Shown here piece after piece: positions 23,520-34,939 of a DNA stretch of 48,091 bases. The notes under the pieces were generated by a model. The model had not been told where the DNA came from. It was given only the letters and a program-made list of their open reading frames with translations, and did no database searches. The position numbers and the translations under genes were made by a program. The stretch lies in contig NC_057719.1 in assembly GCF_004010195.1 (NCBI RefSeq), forward strand, positions 68,570,567-68,618,657. The letters run 5' to 3'. Source of the DNA: Chiloscyllium plagiosum. Lineage: Eukaryota. Positions within the stretch are counted from its first letter, which is position 1. Each line of letters opens with the position of its first letter.

Positions 23520-23745
23520 CACTCTAATTTATAATAACTGGCAAAATCGGGATGGATTTTTTTGCATCAAGATGCTATGTACAGATTTAAGGGCACCTTT
23601 CAAAAGGGGATTGGGCATATCCTTGAAAATTTGGGAGGTTATTTGAAAAAAGAAGATGTGGAACAAATTCTAAAGCTGTTTCAAAGAGCTAGCAGAGACA
23701 TGATAACCTGAATGACCTTTTTCTGTACTTCACTCTTCCATGACT
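23520..23745 (+). mobile_element. Old CR1 3' fragment
   Basis: ctttcaaaaggggattggg ... aaagagctagcagagacatgataacctgaatgacc resembles a CR1 3' end. Confidence 0.5.
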
Positions 23746-24592
23746 CCAGGTATGGAACGGAACCATTAATCTGACTTAAGCTGTGTATTTTAATGATGCA
23801 CGAGTTGGAGCAGCTGTAACACCCCTCGTCCATTTGTAATAAATACAGTTGTAAGGATGTGTTTTTTTTAAGCTACAATTTCTACTTTTCCTTTTCCCAG
23901 CTGGATTTTCTAAAGAAAATGAGAACCTCTACAGATAATTGTGCTTTTTAGAAAGGAGGCTGCCAGACAGGCTGGCTATGGCAAATTACGCTATTTTACA
24001 TTCCATCAAACGCGATGAAAGCAAAAATCAAATCCCTGGAGAGTGGGAAAGACCCCATCTCCTATCAATTCACGGCACCCTGAAACTTAACAAATGTTTC
24101 TGAGATGAGACAAATGAGAATCTCTCTGTATTTCTCTCTTTCTCTCATCGACCATTAAAAGCCACAGTCGGGCAGGAAACATATAATTCCCCTTAGCAAA
24201 CATGCAGAATCCAGAATCTTCAAACCAATTGCCCAACCACCAGAGGCAATGGATTAAATCTTACACTTTTTCAGGTAAGTCTGAATTATGTCAGGTTTTT
24301 TTGGAGAGTTTCTAGCCAGGAGGCCTGGAGACTTTTTATTTGCAGTGTCCCACCAAGCACACACTTCATTGACTATACCCTTATGTCATCTTTAATGTCT
24401 GATTATACTCCCATCTGACCACGCACTGTTCCTGGAACAACTTTCCACATACTAGATATCCACTGGAAAACTGGCTTCCCTGGCACCCAGAGCACCTTTA
24501 AAAGGCTGCTGTACACCTGGGCAAGAATTGGCACTTCGGGGTTGCCCCTCAATAATGCAGTATGTGCACACAGCGCATAGCCGGCATGGCTG

Positions 24593-24637
24593 ACACACAC
24601 ACACAGACACAGATACACACAGACACACACACACACA
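24593..24637. repeat. (CA)n microsatellite, interrupted
   Basis: Visible directly. Confidence 0.95.
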
Positions 24638-24695
24638 AAACTGTATTCTTTCATACTCATCATTGCTGAACCGCCAAGACACATAGATTTCCTGT

Positions 24696-24837
24696 GCAAA
24701 AGTGAGGACTGCAGATGCTGGAGATCAGAGTCTAGATTAGAGTGGTGCTGGAAAAGCACAGCAGATCAGGCCACATCCGAGCAGCTCCTCAGATGCTGCT
24801 TGACCTGCTGTGCTTTTCCAGCACCACTCTTATCTAG
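24696..24837. mobile_element. Penelope-derived short fold-back element (no hammerhead core retained)
   Basis: 15-bp TSD ACATAGATT(T/C)CCTGT (24681-24695, 24838-24852). Inverted arms gtctagattagagtggtgctggaaaagcacagcag / ctgctgtgcttttccagcaccactcttatctagac. Confidence 0.85.
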
Positions 24838-25754
24838 ACATAGATTCCCTGTCCTTAGCTACATCCAATCCAAACACACTCTCCAGGTCACTACGACCCT
24901 ATCCCCAGTGCCCACTGGACATCTGCATTGTGTTATTGTCCAGTACAGGAACATCACTTACATGAGTGAGCCAAGCAGGTGACTGGTCAAGCCACTGGAC
25001 AATGTGGCTGATGGTACCAGAACACTCTGACAGACCATCCTCACCCATTTCCTTGAATGAACTAGAACCGAGCCGTCACCCACTTTCAGACATGGCCCAT
25101 TTGGTTGTAGTGTGTGTGCTGTGCAGGCAGGCTGACACATGCTAGGGGCTGGATGCGTTGGTGTTAGATTAATATCTCAATATGCTGTACAGCAAGTTGA
25201 TCCCCTATAATGCGCTTCTGAATGGATCCCTAATGACAAGCAGTCTGCGTTTGTGTCTGCACAAACAAGAACATCAATATAGTAGTCTTCAGTTCTGGCT
25301 GAAGCACCTACGCATTAACAAGCATGGCATGGCACAGCAAATATGGCTGCTCCAAGCGTGCAGTTAGGCAATTAAGTCAGTGCGTGTTTAGACAGCAAGT
25401 GAGCAGCCTTGAGATGCTTCCTGGTTCACTCTGAGTGGCTGTTCCTGTCTTTGCTGAAGCTTGTTAATGTTAATTGTTGGTGTGCCCCATAATGGAGCTC
25501 TGTGCTTCCTAACCAGCTTGCAAGTGGATCGGAGAGGCACCATGATGGTCATGAGTTGTTAGATGTTGGATGTCAATATCTGTAGATGGTGGTGCATGTG
25601 GCTTGTGGCCACTTACCCCACCCTGAAATTCTTTTTGATGTTCAGCAACATGAATCCTCCTCAGCCTGCAGCAAGCTGAAGTCATTTCGTACCCACTTTG
25701 ACTTCCATGTCACATGTTCTCGATGACTGGGTTGTTTGGCACATTTAGTAAGAT

Positions 25755-25986
25755 AGGAAATGGAATAGTAATGAGGTGAGGTTCATAAGGTGCTTAACAA
25801 GCTATGATCCTCCATAATTAGCAACTTGCCGCTGGCATGTGAGAATCTCACCTCGCTGCTTGGCAAATTATAAAAGATATACTGACTTGCTCCCAGTGTC
25901 AAAATAAATTTCGCCAAACTTCTCACACAATTCTGCTACAAAGTTTGCCATTGCCCACGTTGTTCAGGCTCCTATAAGATTCCACT
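25755..25986. mobile_element. Terminus of a Harbinger-like element
   Basis: Similar to 4740-4959. Confidence 0.4.
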
Positions 25987-25989
25987 TAT

Positions 25990-26480
25990 TGTGTCTGTAC
26001 CAGCTCTCTGAACAAATAATATGATTAAGTGCCATTCTCTTGCTTTTCACTTCAATTTACAGTTTTTCTATTCAGCAGTTATCTAATGCCCTCTTGAATG
26101 CTTCAATTGAACCATCCTCCACTCAACTTCCAGGCAGTACATTCTAGGGCCATAGTACCCACTGTGTAAAGAGTGTTTTCTTCATAGTGCACTTCTTTTG
26201 CAAATGACTTTAAAACAATGCCCTCTCGTCCTTGATTTCTTTGAGTGGGAACTCTGTCCATAGTACACTCGTGATTTTGAAAACTTTCATTCAGTCTCCT
26301 GGAAGTTTTCTCTTCTCCAGGGAAAACAGTCCCAACTTCTCCATTCTATCATCTTACAGAAGTTTCTCATCCATGCTCCCATTCTTGTAACCTCTTTTGC
26401 ACTATCTCCAAAGTATTTGCATCATTACTGAAATGTAGTACATAGAGCTATAGACTATATGCCAGCTGGGGTCTAATTAC
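25990..26480 (-). mobile_element. CR1 LINE 3' fragment
   Basis: tgtctgtaccagctctctgaac, ctcttgaatgcttcaattgaacc and ctccagggaaaacagtcccaac are typical CR1 3' sequence. Confidence 0.7.
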
Positions 26481-26499
26481 CTGCTTTGAAGAAACAACT

Positions 26500-27133
26500 A
26501 TGGCAGACATGAACTAATAGAATCGTGTGGAATTTACAACTGAGCAGAGTACTTCAACGGCCCCTTACCAAACAGGAGAAGTCTAAGACAATGCTGTTCT
26601 GAAGACAGCACAATAAACTCACTGTCTTTCTCTCTCTTTCTGTTTGGAAATTGTGTGCTGTTTTGCAAAAGCGACCATCCCTGAGAGAAAAAAAAAATCA
26701 ACTGCAATCTGTGATTTCATTTAAATGTGAAAATCTTCTCCATAAAACTGCATCCAGGAGAAGACTTGAACAGACGCAAAATTGAGCTCCCGGCATCAAG
26801 ACCAGTCGAGGAACATATTCCTTTATTTTAACTTTCAGGGACTTTAAAATCGTTGCAAGCCTATCCTCTTACACTGCCAACTGCAGTTGTGTGTGGGCCC
26901 AGACTAATGTGTGTGACCGTCTGAATGGTGTCATATTTCCTAGTCTTTTCTAGCTTGAGAAGAAAATAGTTTCAATAAACTAACTTGTTCTTTGTTTGAG
27001 TCTGAGGAAACCTGTGTGAGTGAATTCTTCATACTTTTGAAATGTAAATAATGGTGGTACACTTACAAATTGGTAAATCACATTCTCTCTAAATTTTAAA
27101 GCAAAAATCTGCTACCATCAAATAATGGGAGAA
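26500..27133 (+). mobile_element. Possible decayed LTR
   Basis: General resemblance only (aataaactaac...gaaacctgt); no TG/CA termini or TSD seen. Confidence 0.25.
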
Positions 27134-27169
27134 TCAATTAGTCATGTTATCCTTCCTCACTTGTTCATA

Positions 27170-27350
27170 ATACAGTAAATGCCAAAAATAGCAAACAGAT
27201 CCTTCAGCATCAGTGAAGAGCAAAAACAGCACATAAGTTTGCAGTCTTATTTGACAATACTGGCATTTTCCTTTCTCTACACAGTAACTGAGAGACCTGC
27301 AGTTAATTCCCACATTATATGTTTTCATTTCAAATTTACAGTTTTTCTGT
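27170..27350. mobile_element. Highly decayed Penelope-derived fold-back element
   Basis: cagcatcagtgaagagcaaaaacag ... ttcctttctctacacag...agacctgc...tgttttcatttca; resembles 42708-42842 and 43110-43192. Confidence 0.4.
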
Positions 27351-27942
27351 TCTTTTTTCATGTTAATCGAAGCATACTTTCTAAAATGTCAGGCAGCAAC
27401 CCCTTCATAACCTGCTATACAGCTCAGCTAACTGTTTTCACTGCTCCTGAAGAAACTTGTCTTTGATGGCAGCAAACTTTGTGCGTCTTTTCATTTGAGC
27501 CCATTTACAAAATGATTTGGGAAATCAGGATCTATCCTGATTGAAGAAGTCTGCAATTGTGGAAAATTTCATTTGTACAATGCTATGAATGGTGCTTTGA
27601 TGAATCAATAATTGAATGGACTTCCTCAGTAATTCAAAAAACAAGCCAAAGTAAACTTTTTAAATTGTAAGATCAAAGAAATTTTTTTTGAAGTTCGTAG
27701 CAGGCATCAAACCAAGGGGTTTCAAATTGAAATGTATCTCTAGAAGTAGCTCTGTGATGCCATCAGACTTTATAACATTTAACCCAGGCCTCAATTGCCT
27801 AATCTCATGGAATTTGCATTGAATGGTACTTATAGATCTCTCTGTTCAAAATGATATCAAGAGTTTATATGGGGCTTTATTGTTTGTGAAAATAGATCTA
27901 AAGGTCACACTGAATAAAATTTACTGCATATTTGAGAATTAT

Positions 27943-28689
27943 GGGCTGTATTTTATAGGGTTGTGTAGAGTCTGTAACCTCCCCCATCCCAATCCACACC
28001 CACCACCACTGCCTCACCCAACCATTCAAAGGTGAGAGGCAAGCACACCTCTGTTTGGATGACCCTGTGGGCTGTTTAATGCAAGTTAAGTGACTTGAAA
28101 CTGGATATTCGCCCCAATTCGATGACCAGATATGTTTGGTCCCAGCAGCATCACCAGGAGTGGTGATCAATTCTGACTGCAACCAGAAGGCTCCAACAAT
28201 GAAATCCAGATGTTAAGGTAAGTCCAGAGTCTTGCCAGAGCTAACTTGGCAGGGCACAGCAAAAGTGATGGGTGGGCTCCATTGAGCAAAATAATGAGGG
28301 GATGGGGAAAACAGAGATGGGAATGTCAATGTGGGCCTTCTATAGACACAAGGAGCCCATAAAGGAGGCATCCACCCTCCTCCCTTGACCAGCTACCAAA
28401 ATGAGCAGTCAAACCTGCCTGCATGTGTACTTATTGCAGGCATCTTCCTCTGTAAGTAAAATGTCAGTGGAGGTAGGGGAGGTGGTTAAGTGGCCATCAA
28501 TTCATTGCTTAAAGACTTTGCTTGGTCTGAGTACATGCACACAAACATTCAGAAGCCTCCCCTAATACTATTAGAAATGATGTGGGTCTGAAGTATCAGT
28601 AATTGCCTGATGGTATGGACCTTATTTTATGCCTCCTTCTATCCTGCCTGCTTGCCAATATACCCTCGAGGTTCATATTATCGAGGCCC
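27943..28689. mobile_element. Decayed non-autonomous DNA transposon (Harbinger-type MITE-like)
   Basis: Left end gggctgtattttat, right end ...atattatcgaggccc (weak TIRs). Interior loosely like 490-1126. Confidence 0.35.
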
Positions 28690-29457
28690 TTTACTCTTGA
28701 TTTCTCACATTTCTTCTTTTACCTATCATAATCTAACTGCTCAGGAAACTTTGTGCCAAGTGCTGCAGAATTCTGGTTTTTGCAACATTCGATTTTGAGG
28801 AAAAGGCAGACAAGCAGTGGAAAGATGCCAGACCAATTCAGCTGAAGCAGAGACAGCTATCCCAACAGACAAACCTATAGAGGATTAAGAACAAATAACT
28901 GAATGTTTCAAACAATTCAGACTATCAAACCTGAATTGATAATTTTCTCTGAACAATCTGACTAGTCTGTCTGAATTTTCGGCTCTCTCCTATAGAGTTT
29001 AGTATTCCTAGGTTTTAAGCAACTATTAATTCTGATAAGCAATATTGATGGATCCTGCTTCAACAACTGACAGGCTCGAGACTAGCCCAATATTGATCTT
29101 TAGACATCACTAATAATTTTTGCACTTAAGGTAAGTATTAGACCATCTGGAAAGGGAACTGGAACATCACCAGGGAGAGCAGAATGGGAATACCATGAGC
29201 CAAGTGGAGCATTCCTGCTGTACCTAGCTCCAGAAAAATGATCTTTGATTATTTTCATTCAACCCATCAAAGATTGATGACACAAAGGGCTTTAATGAAT
29301 CTCTTTAAAGAGGGGATTTTCAATACCAATGCCTGAAGTTAAACGCAGTCAACTGCAAAATGTATGCTGAATAGGCCGAGTTTACTTGGAAATGGGATGT
29401 AACATACCAGTTATACAGCAAAAATATACAATAGGGACAGTTTCTAAGTACCAATTT

Positions 29458-29740
29458 GGGTGGCTCAGTGGTTAGTACAGCTACCTCATAGCACAAGGGT
29501 CCCAGGTTCGATTCCAACCTCGGATGACTGTCTGTGGGAAGTTTGCATGTTCTCCCTGTGTCTGTGTGGGTTTCTTCTGGGTGTGCTGGTTTCTTCCCAT
29601 AGTCCAAAGATGTGCAGGTCAGGTGAATTGGTCATGCTAAATTGCCCATAGTGTTAGGTGCATTAGTCAGAGGGGGATGGGTTGGTGTGGACTTGTTGGG
29701 CCGAAGGGCCTGTTTCCACAGTGTAGATAATCTAATCTAA
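29458..29740 (+). mobile_element. HE1-like V-SINE
   Basis: tggctcagtggttag (A box), ggttcgattcc (B box), core, tail ...aatctaatctaa. Confidence 0.93.
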
Positions 29741-32067
29741 ATTTCTGATCAGATTGGATGGCTGGTAACCACTTTTTTGGCACTTTGTGACTTCTCAGCA
29801 TCTCAACACATTCACCTTTGAGGGTTTTTCTCCACCACCTAACTGCAGTGACCTCTTCCCAAGTTTCTTATTTTATATCTCTTTCCAGAGGTATACATGA
29901 ATTGACAGGACTTTATTGCCTGTAGATAGTTCCTTGATTACATGATTTCCAATAACATGTTGAGTTATTTGTCTAAACCCCAAGGTAAAGCTCACCTTAA
30001 TGCTATCCCCCATTTCCAGAGCCTTCACACATACTCTCTTTCCTTGATCAATTGAACCTCTGAACCAGCTTTTATTATTGTTCTCCCTAATCAATTTCAT
30101 CCTCCCAAGAAACTTTCCATTTAAAGCTTTAAAATTAATTTTCAGAAAGTTCATTATTTTTATCTATTTACCAGTTGTCTGTCTTTTACCTGACGATGTT
30201 CCAAAGACTTTTTGGACAGCTGTTCATAATAGATTTTCAACCTAATGTTTTGAGTTTACCAGGCTATCAAAGTGTAGCATTCACTAAAATAACTTATATT
30301 CCTATTTTTGCAAACCAGAAAGTGTCTTAGTTAAGCTTTAGTTTAAAGCCTAACATAGTTTAATATCATTATTTCTACTCTTGTACAGCTATGGTCTCTT
30401 GTTTGGCTAAATACGATTATTCAAGAATAATCATTCCACCAGTTTTTGATACTTGGCAAAAAAAAAGCTCCGAGCAGTTTCCAGTAAACCAAAGGTTACG
30501 GTCTGTCTCAAGCTGACTACTAAATATATGTTTATTCTAAGCATATTTTTAATTTATAACAAGGGCAACTGAAATAAAGCTCTCGGTTTTATATGTACAG
30601 GCCACAATCCTGGATTTAAGCAGGTGCCAGAGAGATCCATAAAAATGAGACTTACGAATAAAGCATTAGCCTGCATCCTCATTCAGGTTGAGTTATTATT
30701 TGTTATTTGTTATTGTCACACCAATGTACACTTGAAAACTAATCATAGCAATTTCTACCCCATTGTGTATGTGATATATTTGCCATTTTATTTATAGTTA
30801 GGAACAAAAGTTTACGTACAAGTGTTCCAGTAGGGAACACTTCCATGGCAGCACCTTGATAACTATGTAGCAGGACAGAACCAGTTTAAACCATCTAGTG
30901 CAGTCTATTTCCCTGTGCCACCAGCCTGTGGAATAAACAAGATAGAGTTGTCATGCTTTGCAAAAATAACACAAAGCTGTGTCAAATTACCGATGGAAGG
31001 AGTGGGTTCATGGGATGTGTGATGTGAAGACAAGGTGCAGGGATGGCAGAGGAGTTGGGGAAATGACAGATGAATCAGGCCTATGGTGGGAGAGAAAATT
31101 TCAGGCAAAATGCAGAAGAAATTTGGGTATAAAATAAAGTTGCCAAAGTTTCAGAATCCAGATTGGCTCAGAGTTTGGAGCTTAGATGGGGTCCACATCT
31201 CCAGTTTAAACATTCCTGCCACAAAAGAAGCAATGCAAGTAGCCCTATGGTATTATTTAGGAGACCCCACAAATCCTACAGGGTTTGCCGATAATTATAG
31301 CAGTGATTAAGATCTCAATCAATTTTCCAAACATGAAAAAGGAATGTTTATTTATATGCAGTTGAAAAACTAGATGCCTTTTATCCATCCTTTGCATTCA
31401 TGCATGCAGTAGCTGTTGAAATGTTAATACATGTCATCTCTTCAAGAGTACCAAGTTTGCTGATTTTACACTGGCAAAATTGTTTATGCAACTGTGGAAA
31501 TCAGCCGTGATATTCTCAGGCTCTTTTCAGAGAGGCCAAGGTTACAACTGAGATGTTTGGTTCTGGTTTCTCAATGTTTATGTCTCTCATTCCTTCTTCA
31601 TTGCCTCAGTTGCACTGTCTATCAACACCTCTCCTTTCTATGTTATGCTGAAAGTAGAAAAGCATTGAGTGAAATTTTGTAGGGCCACATTTTTAATACG
31701 AGTGTAAACAAGCCTGACAAAGCTCTGATAATCTGCTACTTTATATCAATGTGCATTGTAAACTAAACAAAATTAATCTTTACTATTCATAATGGGTATA
31801 TGTCAATGTGTCTTAAAGAATCAAAGATCTTCATTTATATTGTTTATTTGAACATTCTGGGCATTATTTCTCCACCTTTCCTAATCTGAAATTGATAGTA
31901 TCCCACTGGGGTACACTATCATTGCTCTATAATATCTCATTGAGCATCTGTTTCTCATGTGTGAATCTTTGCAGGGAGCACTTGCAAAGTTTTTATTCAC
32001 CTATATGGAAGAGCACAAACATTCTATTTCCATTCTCACCCATCATTCTCAAGGAGTGATATATTAA

Positions 32068-32371
32068 TTAGATTCCCGACAGTGTGGACACAGGCCCTTT
32101 GGCCCAACAAGTCCACACCGACCCGCCGAAGCGTAACCCACCCAGACCCATACTTCTACATTTACCCCTTCACCTAACACTCCGGGCAATTTAGCGTGGC
32201 CAATTCACCTGACCTGCACATTTTTGGATTGTGGGAGGAAACCGGAGCAAACCCACGCAGACATGGGGAGAATGTGCAAACTCCGCACAGAGAGTCACCT
32301 GAGGCGGGAATTGAACCGGCTCACTGGCACTGCGAGGCAGTAGTGCTAATCACTGTCCCACCGTGCCGCCC
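32068..32371 (-). mobile_element. HE1-like V-SINE, full length
   Basis: Starts gggcggcacggtgg on the minus strand and ends gaatctaa. Confidence 0.93.
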
Positions 32372-32389
32372 AAAACAGATTTCCAGAAC

Positions 32390-32462
32390 AGGCCCCAGCA
32401 AGATTTGAACTTATGACCCCTGGTTTACAACACCAGTGCTCTAACCCCTGAGCTATGGAGCA
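32390..32462 (-). pseudogene. tRNA-Thr(TGT) pseudogene
   Basis: Minus strand TGCTCCATAGCTCAGGGGTTAGAGCACTGGTGTTGTAAACCAGGGGTCATAAGTTCAAATCTTGCTGGGGCCT matches vertebrate tRNA-Thr-TGT except at G1, C32 and CpG-decay changes in the T stem. TTTT follows 14 nt downstream. Confidence 0.9.
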
Positions 32463-32796
32463 GGTGCAATATATATGAGGACAGTTCAGAGAAAAAAGCT
32501 AACACTTGGGATGAGCTTTTTGTCTTAGAAAGGTTGAATGGAGTGGACGATATTCATTGAAGTTTTGAAGAATGAGGGATGACCATATAAGATTCTGAGA
32601 GGGCTTCTCAGGGAATGTGTTAAGAAGAAGCTTCCTCTCATAGAGGATTCTAGAACAGGCCTGCATATTTCTAAATTAAAGTGCTTCTCATTTAAGAATG
32701 AGATGAGAAGCATTCTTTTATAAGGGTCATTGGATTCTGGAATTTTCTTCCACAGAAAGCTATGAGGTGGGGTCATTGAATATGTTCAACTTTGAG

Positions 32797-33117
32797 TTAG
32801 ATTAGATTAGATTCCCAACAGTGTGAAAACAGGCCCTTCGGCCCAACACGTCCACACCGACCCTCTGAAGAGTAACCCATCCAGACCCATTTCCCTCTAA
32901 CTGATGCACCGAACACTATGGGCAATTTAGTCTGGCCAATTCACCTGACCTGCACATCTTTGGACTGTGGGAGGAAACCGGAGCGCCCAGAGGAAACCCA
33001 GCAGACACAGGGAGAATGCGCAAACTTCACACAGACAGTGGCCAGAGGCTGGAATCGATCCTGGGTCCTTGGTGCTGTGAGGTAGCCGTGCCAACCACTG
33101 AGCCCCCATGCTGCCCC
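32797..33117 (-). mobile_element. HE1-like V-SINE, full length
   Basis: A/B boxes, core, (ttaga)n tail. Confidence 0.93.
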
Positions 33118-33281
33118 ACTATAGGAAAAGTATTATTAAACTTGAAAGGATGCAAAAAAGATTTACAAGAATGTTGCCAATGTTGGAGCATCGAAGGCTT
33201 GGGGGGGGGAGGGGGGGGGGGGTGGTGATCTTATAGTGGTTTATAAAATCAAGAGGGCATGGATAAGGTGAATAGCTAAGG
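33118..33281 (+). repeat. Inverted local copy of CR1 segment 34018-34204, with an internal deletion and poly-G expansion
   Basis: Near-identical to the reverse complement of 34018-34204. Confidence 0.85.
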
Positions 33282-33444
33282 TCACACACTTTTGTTAGAC
33301 ACACTTTTGATTGAAAATAGAGTCGATTGTTACAGGGGGCAATTAAGAAAATGAGGCTACAACCAGATGAGCCATGATCTTATTGCATGATGGAACAGGC
33401 ACTTGCATTTAAAAACTATTCCCTCTCCTATTTAAAGTCATAGA

Positions 33445-33710
33445 TTTGATTTAATTTGATTCAGTATTGTCACATGTACCTTGGTACAGTGAAAAGTTTT
33501 GTTTTGTGTGCAATACAAGCAGATCATACCATACAAAATGAACACAAGTAATAGAACAGAGTGAGGAATAGAACATTGTGGCTGTAGAGAAGGTGCACAA
33601 AGAGAGAGGTCGACATTACATTTGAAATTTGAGACTCACATTCATGACTGTGTGGCCAAATTTCATCCTAACTTCATCAATGAGTTCACTGATGACACCA
33701 CCATTGTGAG
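33445..33710. mobile_element. Rex1/Babar LINE fragment with apparent 5' inversion
   Basis: 3' end on the minus strand (tattgtcacatgtaccttggtacagtgaaaag), then plus-strand IHDCVAKFHPNFINEFTDDTTIV (Rex1 RT THDC...KFADDTT.VG). Confidence 0.65.
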
Positions 33711-33711
33711 T

Positions 33712-34412
33712 GTTGCACAGTATGGAAACAAACCCTTTGGTCCAACTTACCCATCCAGACCAGATATCCTAAATTAATCTAGTCCCATTTGCCAGTGTTT
33801 GGCCCATATCCCCCTCAACCCTTCCTATACATGTACCGATCAGATGCATTTTAAATGTTGTAATTATACCAGTCCCCACCACTTCCTGTGGCAGCTTATT
33901 CCATATACATGCCACTGTTTGCTTGAAAAATCTACCTGTTAAGTCCCTTTAAATCTTTCCCCTCTCACCTTAAACCTATGCTGTCTAGTTTTGGATTCCC
34001 CTACCCTGGGAAGAAGATCTTAGCTATTCACCTTATCCATGCCCTCTTGATTTTATAAACCACTACAAGGTCACCCGCCCCACCCCAGCCTTCGATGCTC
34101 CAGGGCAAATAGCCCCAACATATTCAACCTCTCTCTCCAACACTGGCAACATCCTTGTAAATCTTTTCTGCACCCTTTCAAGTTTAACAATACTTTTCCT
34201 ATAGCAGGGAGAGCAGATTTTAATACAATATTCCAAAAGTTGCCTTACCAGTGTCCTGTACAGTCACAACATGATCTCCCAACTTCTATACTCAATGCAA
34301 TGACCAATAAAGACAAGCTACCAAACACCTTCTTCACTATCCTGTCTATCTGTGACTCCAACTGCCAGGAACTATGAACTTGTACCTCAAGGTTTCTTTG
34401 TTCGGCAACACA
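33712..34412 (-). mobile_element. CR1 (HER1-like) LINE 3' fragment
   Basis: Colinear with 46760-47435; VAEQRNLEVQVHSSWQLESQIDRIVKKVFG. Confidence 0.9.
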
Positions 34413-34939
34413 CCTTATGATTTTATTAAGATTCACTGGACAATAATCAGAAATGACAACACCCTCTGATTTCTCTTTACAACAGTCTCCAAGGTCAAAC
34501 ACATTATTCTATCATACAAGAAACCAGAAAGACAACGCTCAGCTCAGCATAAACTAATACTGAACCTGAGACCAACCTAGCTGTATGGCTTAGCCTACTC
34601 TTTCCATTCTAACATTCTTCTTCATTTGGCAAAACAAAATCTCAGCCATATTTGTAAAGAAAACTTGTTCAACTGTTTATTGTTTTTGTATTTTATTTCA
34701 AATTGCATTGCACTTCAAAGTTACCTTGTCTGTAAAGAAATTCGAAGTTATGTACGGCATTACATAAATGCAAAGTTTTTCCTACAGTTCATTGCGGGAA
34801 AACTAAACATTAAGTACTTCAGCATTTAACTAATGGAGGCAGCATCAAAAGTACATTGATCCTCAATGGTAGGGGAGCCCAGCATATAAAAGCAAATGTA
34901 TTTTCAGTCATCTTCACTCAATGTTACTTTGCGGATGTT

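Larger units (their letters stand above)
32500..33400 (+). mobile_element. Old CR1 3' fragment split by a composite insertion (32801-33293)
   Basis: CR1 sequence ...gaatatgttcaactttgagttag | acacacttttgatt...agatgagccatgatcttattg is continuous across the insert; GTTAGA is duplicated. Confidence 0.7.

Noticed and set aside
32390..32462. Functional tRNA-Thr gene
   Set aside because: G1 is lost (acceptor mismatch), C32 has changed to G, and the T stem has an A-C mismatch; called a pseudogene.
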